In this document: positions 13,561-24,952 of the stretch, piece after piece
Layout of the letters: each line of letters opens with the position of its first letter
Numbering within the stretch: position 1 is the first letter of the stretch
NCBI GenBank assembly: GCA_051294375.1
Contig: CM119271.1
Location: 15,258,770-15,322,506, forward strand
From: Paraspadella gotoi
Lineage: Eukaryota > Animalia > Chaetognatha
Reading direction: 5' to 3'
Length of the DNA stretch: 63,737 nt
Position numbers and translations under genes: made by a program
The notes under the pieces: generated by a model
The model's database searches: none
The model's input: the letters and a program-made list of their open reading frames with translations, nothing else
Told to the model about the DNA's origin: nothing

Positions 13561-14544
13561 ACGCTGTCTGTCCGGTCTCCACTTCGTTTAAAAATCTTAT
13601 AACTTGCCTATAGTATTGTTGCTCATTTGTTAAAAAATCAAATCTAAGCGACTACTATCGCCGCCTTTTTGTTTTTAAAGAATTTAAAAAATAAATGGCA
13701 ATGAAAGTAAAAAGAAAAGTAATGCGCGCCACACCTTGGAATAACCGTTCCTTGTTTGGTTTTATTCTGATATTTCCAACTTCTCACTCGAATGTGATGC
13801 ATTCACATCTCTCGGTGAATCCGTGGTCCATTCGTGAAAGAGCTGACCTCATTCACTCCTTTTCATCGTCACTGGAGAATCGATCTTCTTGACTCATCTG
13901 GCATCCCCTCCTCCCCTTCCTCCCTCTCCCTTCTCCCCCTTAGCTCTTCCTCTCCCCTTCCTCCCCCCTTCCTCCCCTTCCTCCCCCTTCCTCACCCTTC
14001 CTCCCCCTTCCTCCCCCCTTCCTCCCCCTTCCTCTCCCCTTCCTCCCCCTTCCTCCCGCCCTTCCCTCCCCTTCCTCCCCCCTTCCTCCCCTTCTCCCCC
14101 TTCCTCCCCCTCCTCCCCCTTCCTCCCCTTCCTCCTCCCTTCCTCCCCTCCGAATCAAGTGATCGAATCTATGATGGCATAATTCCAAATTGGTCTCCCC
14201 CTCCACCCAACTTCTCTCTCTTTCGCACCCGTCGTTCGGCGCTCGCTATGGCGAAAACGAAATGCGTCTTCAAAAAGCCATTCGAGCCACGCCCATTTTT
14301 GTCCACGCCCCCTTTTTTTCCACGCCCCCTTTTTGTCCACGCCCCATTTTTGTCCACGCCCCATTTTTCGTCACTTCCACCTGGCCCTTTTTTTTCTCTC
14401 ATTCTGTCTCTCTTTCTTTCTCTCACTCTCTCTCTCTCTTGTTTCTTCTGTCCCGGCTTTCTCTTTTCAGACTCTCGTTCTTTCTAGAGCTTTGTTTTTT
14501 GTCTCACTCTCTCCTGTTTCCATCTCTCTCCCCCCTCACTCTCT

Positions 14545-14809
14545 CTCTTCTCTCTCTCACCTCTCTCTACCCCTTTTCTCTCCACTCTCTCACTCCCCCA
14601 TTCTATTCTTCTGTCTCTCCCTCCATCATTTGTCTACCCTCTACCTTGACCATTGGACTCAGTTTTTACCGACATCCGTCTCTTTGATCGAAATCAGCGT
14701 CGCCTTGAAATATTTCTGTAGGCTTCGTTTTCCCGCGACAGGTGACATCGCCTGTCGGCTGCATTTACCCGACAACGAATCGCCCACGAATTTCAAGGTT
14801 TAATATTTC

Positions 14810-14862
<53 letters not shown>

Positions 14863-15535
14863 CAGAGGGAGAGACAACATCCTCTCGACCTACAAACGAC
14901 TACTAATCATATTTCCTGTCAGAATTCCACAATTCTTTTCTCATCAAGATCACCCCCATCAACTTTTCGTTTCCCCATCACTTTTCGTTTCCGCCATCAC
15001 GACTCCTTGGATCGTCTTTTCCTTCTCCATCAGACCTGACCCATCACCAGCCGAGCTTCACCTCTTCCTCCATCATTCTGTGAGACTCCATCGCTTCTCA
15101 TCTCTCTCCAAAAAAGTAATTCGCTTACGTTTTTTCTTCATCAGCCTTCGACCCCATCATTCAACATCGAACCTCTCTCTCTCTCTCTCCTCTCTTATCT
15201 CTCTCTCTCTCTTATCTCTCTCTCCTCTCTGACATTTACCTTTCACCTTTACCTCTTTAAAAGAACGCAGATTCCGTCTCTTGACGTCAATTCTCTGCCA
15301 AAATGCCACTGGTCATTACCGCATCTTTGCTTCAATATCAAATGCCATTTGCCCATTACCTTCCGTCGATTGATGCCATTCTTTTAAATGTTCTCCCTGT
15401 CTTTTCTTTTCTTTCCTCCCTCCTCTTCCTCCCTGTCTTCTCTTTCACTCCCTCCTCTTCCTATTTCATTCTGAGTTTGACAAAGGAATTCCTTTCATCT
15501 TCATCATCATCAATTATCACATCGTCATCATATCG

Positions 15536-15601
<66 letters not shown>

Positions 15602-16860
15602 TCATCATCGTCCTCTCTTAAATTCTTTCACACAAAAGACGCGCTTCCTTACCTCCCCGCCATCCTTACCTTGATGCCATTTCTCTTTTATCTCGGAAAA
15701 ATTCCTCAGCCATCTATCTTTGCCATTTTTTCTTGCCATGTTCTCTGCCATCTTATCACCAGTTCCAACACCATCTCTCTTGTCATCTCTCTTGCCATCC
15801 TTATTGCCAATCTCTAACCGCCATCTCTCTTGCCAGTTTCTCTGCTCTTCTGCCTCTCGTCTTGCCATTCATTGTCATCTAAGCATCTCTCTACGTTTTG
15901 CAACGCCATCTCTCGACGCAATCTCAAACGCCCCTCTATTAACATTTCTCTTGCCACTTATATCGCCATTCTCTTGTATTTTCTAGCATCACTCCTTCTG
16001 CGATTCTGCCATCTCCCCTAATCAACACGACCAGTCACCTTTAAATTCCGGCGTCATTACCGTCCGGCGCTTAACCGGCCGCGTCCCGTCGCTTCTCGGA
16101 TCCAAATCGCGGCGCTCATCGTAGGCAATTGTCGGGAGCGCATGCGCGGCCAGCCGGGGAGTAGCGACAGCGACGCGGGCAGAGCGCGTCATATACATTC
16201 AGCGTTCAAAACCTCTGGATTCGCCTAAAAGGTTCTGTTGCCTTGGGGCTCGCTAGTGTTGCTCGAGCTAACTGTCTAATTTGTTGCCAAACGCTCCTTT
16301 GGGTTGCAGATATGTATTTGCCAACTGGCAATGGGCTCAAAGCCGCCAGTGTCCGGCTTTCTAGGGATTACCTTGAGCTAATTGCTGCAAGTAGCTGCAT
16401 GCGCTGCAGTGACTTGATCGAGCTTGTGCCACAATCATAAAAGTTGATGTGAAGCCGCGATGATTGGCATAATTGTCTCTGCATCGTTGTTCGCCATCTC
16501 ATTTATGGCATTTTCCTGCCCTTTTATGCCATCGTGATTTGAGCGCATCCTCGTTTATCAAAGACTGGCGAGNNNNNNNNNNNNNNNNNNNNNNNNNTCT
16601 CTCTCTCTCTCTCTCCTCTCTCTACCCCCTTTTCTCTCACTCTCTCACTCCCCCATTCTATTCTTCTGTCTCTCCCCCCTCATTTGTCACTCCCTCTACC
16701 TTGACCATTGGACTCAGTTTACCGACATCCGTCTCTTTGATCGAAATCAGCGTCGCCTTGAAATATTCTGTAGGCTTCGTTTTCCCCGACAGGTGACATC
16801 GCCTGTCGGCTGCATTTACCCGACAACGAATCGCCCACGAATTTCAAGGTTTAATATTTC

Positions 16861-16905
<45 letters not shown>

Positions 16906-17206
16906 AGACAAACATCCTCTCGACCTTACAAACGACTACTAATCAATATTTCCTGTCAGAATTCCACCAATTCTTTTCTCATCAAGATCACCCCATCACT
17001 TTTCGTTTCCCCATCACTTTTCGTTTCCCCATCACGACTCCTTGGATCGTCTTTTCCTTCTCCATCAGACCTGACCCCATCACCAGCCGAGCTTCACCTC
17101 TTCCTCCATCATTCTGTGAGACTCCATCGCTTCTCATCTCTCTCCAAAAAAGTAATTCGCTTACGTTTTTTCTCATCAGCCTTCGACCCCATCATTCAAC
17201 ATCGAC

Positions 17207-17244
<38 letters not shown>

Positions 17245-18594
17245 GACATTTACCTTTCACCTTTACCTCTTTAAAAGACCAGATTCCGTCTCTTGACGTC
17301 AATTCTCTGCCAAAATGCCACTGGTCATATCCGCATCTTTGCTTCAATATCAAATGCCATTTGCCATTACCTTCCGCTCGATTGATGCCATTCTTTTAAT
17401 CTTCCTCCCCTGTCTTTTCTTTCCTCCCTCCTCTTCCTCCCCTGTCTTCTCTTTCCTCCCTCCTCTTCCTATTTTCATTCTGAGTTTGACAAGGAATTCC
17501 TTTCATCTTCATCATCATCATTATCACATCGTCATCATCATCGTCATCGTCATCATCATCNNNNNNNNNNTCATCATCATCATCATCATCATCGTCCTCT
17601 CTTAAATTCTTTCCACACAAAAGACGCGTTCCTTACCTCCCGCCATCCTTACCTTGATGCCATTTCTCTTTTATCTCGGAAAAATTCCTCATGCCATCTA
17701 TCTTGCCATTTTTCTTGCCACTTCTCTGCCATCTTATCACCAGTTCCAACACCATCTCTCTTGTCATCTCTCTTGCCATCTTATTGCCATCTCTAACGCC
17801 ATCTCTCTTGCCGTTTCTCTGCCATCTTATTGCCATCTCTCTTGCCATTTCTCTGTCATCTCTAAGCCATCTCTCTTACCGTTTCTCTGCCATCTTATCG
17901 CCATCTCTAACGCCACCTCTCCGGCAATCTCAAACGCCCTCTCTATTACCATTTCTCTGCCATCTTATCGCCATCTCTCTTGTCATTTCTCTGCCATCTC
18001 TCTTGCGATCTGCCATCTCCCCTAATCAACAACGACCGTCTTTAATCCGGCGTCATTACCCGGCGCTTAACCGAAGCCGGCGCCCGTCGCTTCTCGGATC
18101 CAAATCGCGGCGCTCATCCGAGGAAATTGTCGGGAGCTGCAGCGGCGGCAGCGGGGGTAGCGACAGCAGCGGCAGAGGCGTCGATATACATCAGCGTTCA
18201 AACCTCGGATTCGCCTAAAAGGTTCTGTTGCCTTGGGGCTCGCTAGTGATTGCTCGAGCTAACTGCTCGGTAAGTTTTGTTGCTTGCAAAAGCCGCTAGC
18301 GTTTGGGCTTGCAAGATATGTATTTCTCTGGCCTATTACTTGGCAAATTGTGTTGCTTGCAAAAGCCGCCAGTGTCCGGGCTTTCTAGGGATTCCTTGAG
18401 CTAATTGCTGGGCAAGTTATGTTGCTTGCATAAGCCGCTTGTCAGTGATTGATCGAGCTTGGCCAATCAAAAGTTGATTGAAGCCGAACGATGATGGCAT
18501 AATTGTTCTCTCGTTGTTCGCCATCTCATTTATGGCATTTCCTCGCCCTTTTATGCCATCGTTGATTTGAGCGCATCCTCGTTTATCAAAGACT
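14545..18594. repeat. ~2 kb direct duplication (about 14545-16566 and 16598-18594) around a 25-N gap, probably an assembly artefact
   Basis: Unique blocks such as GACAGGTGACATCGCCTGTCGGCTGCATTTACCCGACAACGAATCGCCC and GGATTCGCCTAAAAGGTTCTGTTGCCTTGGGGCTCGCTAGTG occur in both copies. Differences are mostly single-base indels. Confidence 0.85.
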
Positions 18595-18672
18595 GCATTT
18601 CATTCTTTGCCTGCATCTCTACCTGCTCGACGTCGGCTGCCAAACATAAATCTACTTTCCTTCTCGTTTTAC

Positions 18673-18799
<127 letters not shown>

Positions 18800-19926
18800 T
18801 ATATAAATCTTCCCCCTTACCTTTCTCGCCCCTTACCTACGAGAGAGAGAGAGAGCACCTTTCTCGCTTCAAGCCTCGGCCTCACCTCTACTCACCTTGG
18901 CCCGACTGACCCGGGGATTTCATTCATCATCTCATCAATAGGCGGAGAGGGAGGGAGAGAGGGAGGAAAGAGAGAGAGAGAGGGAGAAGGAGGGAGGAGG
19001 GAGAGAGAGAGAGAGAGGGAGAAGGAGGGAGAGAGGGAGGAGAGAGAGAAGAAGGGAGAGAGGGAGGAAAGAGAGGGAGGCGTAGAGGGAGGAGAAAGAA
19101 AGGAAGGATGATGATGTGAGATGTTAGAGAGAGAAAGAGAGAGTAGAAAGAATGTGGGCAAGTGGTTAAAAATGTGGTCTTTTGGCTACAATTATGGTAT
19201 AGAATACGGGCGTGTGGATATAATGTGGGCAAATGGATAGAATACATATGTGGCTTAGGTGTAGCCTTCCGCGACGGAAGGGATAAAAAAAGAGAAGCCT
19301 TCAGCCCCAAAAGGGAAATAATTTTATCCTCAATGATTTTTTTTTCTTTTCAAAAGCGAAAAGTCTTCTTCCTTTGAAGCCAAGAGGCGGGTGGCCACGC
19401 CCCCCACGTTAATATCTTGCAGAAGTCAGAATCGTAATTTAATGTAGCGCATCATGGCTGCGATAACAGAACCACCAAGACGAAGACGACGACGACGCAA
19501 AACCAGACGTTTTGTTTTGTTTTTCTGCGTTTTTTTGTTTCTTTCGAGCAATAAACCGTTTTGGAAGGAATAAAACGCCTCTAAAAAACAACAACAACAA
19601 CAACAACGATGAAAAAGGAGGAGAAAAAATCCACAAAAACAGAAAAACAAACTTTTTTTGGAACCAAAACAATGTTGGTGATTTTTTTTGTTTTGGAGCG
19701 AAGTTAACTTTGCGTTCGTACAAATGAAATGGAAAACTAAACAGTAAGTAACTAAAACAAACGTATATGATTTGTTGTTTGACATTATTTAAACAAAATT
19801 TAACAAATTATAAAACTACTTTTCTCACTAAAACCATTCGAAAAACAGATAAATAAAATGATTTTTCTTTCTTTTCTTTTCTTTTCTTGTAGTCTTGAAC
19901 CCCAGATTTCCTGGCCATCATCGATT

Positions 19927-20026
19927 NNNNNNNNNNNNNNNNNNNNNNNNNNNNNNNNNNNNNNNNNNNNNNNNNNNNNNNNNNNNNNNNNNNNNNNNNN
20001 NNNNNNNNNNNNNNNNNNNNNNNNNN
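19927..20026. other. 100-N scaffold gap (size probably unknown) next to the ABCE1 truncation
   Basis: Exactly 100 Ns. About two thirds of ABCE1 is missing, and sequence character changes from gene-dense to gene-poor across the gap. Confidence 0.85.
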
Positions 20027-20243
20027 GCGAACAAAAGGGCCTTTTCGTGGCGAGGCGGACCGATATCAGAATTAACATACGTTAGGAATATATACGAGTG
20101 GAAAAGAATGTCAAATTCACAATTCGGCCACCAATTAAATTTTCAATCAATCAACTGCCACTTTCACATTTTCCCTCCCACTTTCCGCCCCCCCCCCCAA
20201 ACTGGTCTTCAGTCCGACAAAGCCCCCCCCCTCCAAGACTCAC

Positions 20244-21000
20244 GTCCTGATTCTTCATCTCGTCTTTCCTGTCCAAGAGCGACTGGACGGAGCCTTTGAC
20301 GGCCTTGGGGATCTGGTCGACGAATTGGGGCTTGATGATGGCCTTCAGATCGTCCTCCAAGATCTTGGTGAAGTAGTTCTGGAGTTCGGAGCCGCGGAAG
20401 TAGGCGAGGATCTCCGTCCAGTCGGGCGGGTCGCTGTACCGACCCAGATTAGGCTTCTGTTTTCCCGCCAAAATTTTGAGCGCCGTTGATTTACCGATCC
20501 CGTTGGTACCAACCAAACCTGATGAAGACGAGTTTTAAGTTTCATGATTTCGAAGCAAAATACTGAAGACCTTCAGGTCCTGAAGGTTCTTCACCCATAA
20601 AACTTTCCCCCCTCTCCTCACCCAAAACTTCCCCAGGCCGCGGCGTCGGCAGCCGGTGGAGCTTGAAGGAGTTTTGCGAGTATCGATGAGTCGTCTCCCT
20701 CGACAGATTGGAGGGCAAGTTGATGATCTGCACCGCCTCGAAGGGACACTTTTTCACGCAGATGCCGCAACCGATGCAGAGCTCCTCGGAGATCTGGGCG
20801 ATCTTGGAGGCGGGGGTGACCTCGATGCAGAGTTTGCCGGTGACCTGGCCGGCGGCGCCGGGTCCCATGCGCACGACCGGACAGGATCGCTTGCACTCTT
20901 GCCGACACTTTTTCGGCTTGCACTTGTCCGTACTGACGATGGCGATTCGAGTCATTTTGTCCGTCTCCTCGTCATCCTTGCGTTTCCCACGGCCAGACAT
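20244..21000 (-). CDS. ABCE1: ABCE1/RLI1 ribosome-recycling ABC ATPase, 5' part only (exons 21000-20622, 20518-20244); remainder missing
   Basis: Fe-S domain [26 protein letters not shown]...[14 protein letters not shown], then [23 protein letters not shown]|[25 protein letters not shown] (Walker A) and [37 protein letters not shown] intron 20621-20519. A GTGAGT donor follows 20244, but I found no further ABCE1 exon before or after the 100-N gap (19927-20026). Confidence 0.97.
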
Positions 21001-21325
21001 TTTTTAAAACTTTTTGGGTGGTGGACTAGAGGCTAAAACTCGATGGTCGGAGAAAGTTTTTTTTTATTCTTATTTCCACGAAAAAAAAAGGAACGACAAT
21101 CTCTGCCTCGGCGTTTTTAAATTNNNNNNNNNNTTAAATATATTTATTTAGGCCTAAAGCTGCGGGTAAAAAAAGTTGTTTTATCAAATATAGACGGATA
21201 AAAACTCTAAAAATTGTAATAAGACATGATTTAAATCGTAAACATAAAAGCGCAACGTGAAACTACTTAGTTGCGATCGTATTATAAAATTGTTCACATC
21301 CCTCTTCTCTCTCACTGTCTCACTC

Positions 21326-23064
21326 TCAGTCTGAGACGTGAGCTTTCCGATGAGTCTGAATCTTCTCGACGAGAAAGAGTTCCCTCGAACTGAGACTCCA
21401 CTGACAAACGTCGCAGAGAAGAAACATCTCTTTTCCCCTGAAGGCGACTTGGACGGCCTCGACCCGCGATGCGCCTTCGTCCTAACGAGAGTATATTAAT
21501 TTATTAATACGATTATTAATTAATTAGAGTAGATATAAAGACTTCCTCACCTTCCCGTCAACGACATCCCCTTCTTCCTCGTCGTCGCTGACAACGACCC
21601 GCCCCTTGTGCAAATCCCTGTATTCGTCGTCGTCGATGTAGTACTGCTTGGCCAGGTCTTCCGGTACACGGTCGACCTTCATGAAGAGCTGTTGGACAAA
21701 GTCGGGCTTGTCGCAACCGTGTTCCTTCTTGCAGTGATCCTGAGAAAGATGAATGATCGCAATAAGCCATAATTTGCAAACCTTCAGCCGATAATTTATA
21801 TTTATTCTTAAATCTTATTTACATATTGCAGTTATCATTGATATTTTCTATTGAGTTTAATTAATAAATAATAAAATTTAAAAAAAAAACCAGTTTCGTT
21901 TTACAGATCGAATCTCACGAAAGAACAAGGAAGCGAATAATCCCATTGAACCATTAAAGATTTACCATAAATCAAGAAAAAGATTAAGTTAATAGTCAGC
22001 GAAGGGCGTCATTTTTTAATAATTAAGACACAAACATATAGATCTTTCGCCAATGAATCTCGAACCTCGAATCCAGCCACCATCCCGAAACTCGTTTTCT
22101 CCCCGCAGTGGAAGCAGTGATAACGAGGGAGTCGCGGTGGCGCCACATGATGTGATCAATGAGCGTTCGATCTTCCTGCGTGTAAAACTTGAGGTCGCAT
22201 TCGGGACACTTGCTCTTCTTGTTGTTGTTGTCGCCGATGTTGGGCTTTTTGGCCGCGTATTTGGGCTTCACCTGGTTTTTTGAGCGAGTTTTTTTTATGC
22301 TACAACTACAACAATTTTAACGGTTAATATTAATAAATAATAATAACTACAACCACAACCTCATTTCCCGGCTTGGGGTTGATCTTAAAGAAGAGCCTCA
22401 TCGTATTGACGACGTCGGGCAGCAGCGGTCGAATCTCCGTCAACTTAAGATCGAGCTTCTCCCGCCGACTGTGCTGAAGAGAGTGGTTGCGCTTGAGGTG
22501 ATCCTCCAGCGAAGACTTGTGCGACCAGCTGGGGTCGTCCTTGCCAGCGTCGCGGCAGATGACGCAGACGTAGCGTCGCTGCTTGAAGTGGATGGCGGCG
22601 ACGTGGTCCTCGATGAAGACGGGCTGGGAGAGAGGGCGACTCTTGCAGAGCGGACAAGCGAAGCCCGCGTGGATCTCGTCCTTGGGACGCTCGAGCCAAC
22701 GGTTGCCGAGTGTGATCTGATCCTCAGGAAGGGAGCGACGTTGGGAATCTGGATCGTGGAAAGAGTTGACCGGGGGCGACGGCGGCGGCGGCGGAGAGCG
22801 AGGTGGAGGCGGCGATGGCGGGGCATCGTCGTCCGGCGCCGGGGAAGCCTCCGGCGCATCCTCGGCCTGGACGGACGACGTCTCGGTCTTGGGCCGAGTG
22901 GATTTGGCAGAGGATTCGCAGTCAGATCGGCAATCCTTAGATGAATGAAAAAAGTGAAAAACGGATATTTTGACGATTTATTTAAAAATTTTCAACAAGC
23001 GATTCCATTAGTTTAAAATATTGCGAAATAGTTTCCGTTTGTTGCTAATTGCGGAACATTGACA

Positions 23065-23110
<46 letters not shown>

Positions 23111-24778
23111 TTGACAAATAATAATCACCTTAGAAGAATTCGATTGATGACCTTCATCTTGAGCAGAATGAAGAGACTCGGGCTCCGTTTTCGAAGCTCC
23201 TGGTTTCCTTGCTATTAAAAAGAATTAAGTTTCTTTAATCCGTTTCTTTTCCATTTAACCTCCCCCCTCTCCTCCCCCCACCTCTCCCCCTCGTCTTCTT
23301 CTCAGTCGTCGGCTTCTCCTCATCTTCCTCCGCGTCTCCCGCTTTCCTCTTCTTTCTTCCTCTCGCGCTGCTCCGTCCTCCGGCGGAGGCGTCGGCATCT
23401 TCCTCCGGGACTTCGCATCGTTTGCGGTGGAGTTTGAGAAGATTTTCACCGGCAAAGTAGAGGGCGCAACCCGCACACTGATGGAATAAGTTTGCTGTAC
23501 AAAATACTTAACTTTTAATTCACAAGTAAACAACAAAATTTCAGCTCGATTATTATAAGCAAATTTCATAGTCGGAAGTAGAATTACAATTAAACTTTAC
23601 AGAGTCCTGAAAACACTTGAAACAATAAATTTGTCTCCGACACATTGTCCGCCATCGCAAACCTCCCAAACCTGAAACGCTCTCGATCCAATCTGCTCCG
23701 TCGACCCTTTGGGTTCCCTCTTGTGCCGAAGAACCAAATGCTGTTCCCCGAAATTCTTGAGCTTCTCCACCGAATCCCCGGGGATAGGGGTCGGCTTTTT
23801 CCCGATCACCGGGCAAAGCCGACAAGAGATGGCGACGACGACGCCCTCCTCTCTGATCAGTTCCCAATCGCGAGAAAACTCTTCGCCGAAGGGATCGTCG
23901 ACGGAGGGTGGGCGTCGCTTGGATTCTGAGGTCAGATCGATCTCGACTTTGCCCTTGAGGTAGAGTTCCCAGAGTTTGTCTTTGGTCATTTCGTCGGAAT
24001 ACGGAGAGACCTTGGCTTCTTTCTCTCGCGGCGTCGGTTTGACATCCCTCGTAACCACGGTGGCGCCGCCGACGGCCGATTCAGGAATTTCCGTCTTAAT
24101 CGTGGCGTCGACCGACGCGCAGTCGGCGACGGAACTCGCCTCGTTCGAAGGCGAAACGTGATTCACACCAGGTTTCGTATCAGAACCGAGGGACACGGAG
24201 GCGTTGTCGTTGTCCGATTCTCGAACAAGAGCGACGCCTTTTGAATCCTCAGTTTCCATGAGCTCCACCGTCATCTCCGCATCCTTGAAGACACGATTCG
24301 CGTCCGAGACAGACTCCTGTTTGATGGCGGAGACGCTTCCAGACGCTGAACCCGGCGTCGTGGGCGATTGAGCCGAGGCCTGTTGTTGTTGTAGATGCTT
24401 TTGCAATAGCTGCTGTTGCTGCGCCTGGTTCCGTTGAAGTTGCTGCAGCAAATTCATCAGATTCTGCATCGAAAGGTTCGCCATGAGAGGAACGATTTGA
24501 GGATTGGAAGAGAGAAACTGCATGGCCAAGGGGCTCATGACGGACGGCATCGGGTTGACGCCGCCCAGTGAACCATTAGTAACGCCGGTAAATGAGCCAT
24601 TGGTGCCTCCGGTAGCGTTAATTGCATTGCAGTTGGGCAGGCCAACGTTGTTGGCATTCAAGGCGGCCTGGGTGCCGAGGACATTGAGGGAACCGCCGGT
24701 GATCGAAGCGGTATGAGAGGCGGAAGCCGCATCTCCGTAATCAGGGTCAACCTTCTCGATTTTCACTTTTGGATCCAT
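21326..24778 (-). CDS. Multi-C2H2/C2HC zinc-finger nuclear protein, ~837 aa, 7 exons (24778-23672, 23477-23282, 23211-23129, 22935-22360, 22271-22066, 21739-21551, 21481-21326); one base missing in exon 5
   Basis: Hand-spliced with GT-AG junctions and consistent phases. Fingers: FQ|CAGCALYFAGENLLKLHRKRC, FACPLC..DHVAAIH, YVCVIC..DHLKRNH, CPECDLKF..DHIMWRH, YHCFHC..FE|DHCKKEH, LLCDVC..THRKAH, plus a degenerate CRLC..QHLVLRH in exon 1. N-terminus is Q/N-rich. I do not recognise the orthologue. Confidence 0.8.
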
Positions 24779-24952
24779 GACGTTAAAAACAAGGAATACA
24801 ATCTTTGATTTATAATTGATATGGGCCTAAAAAGTAAACAATAAAATTTGCAAAATGATCTTGGAACTGTCAACGTTTATCCCTTGTATTATATTATGAT
24901 TACAAAAAATTTAAGTTTCGCGAAATCCTATGTCACCTCGCAACTGCAACAT

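Noticed and set aside
14545-18594. ~2 kb tandem duplication as a real segmental duplication
   Set aside because: The copies abut a 25-N gap and differ mainly by scattered single-base indels, the pattern of overlapping error-prone long-read gap fills.
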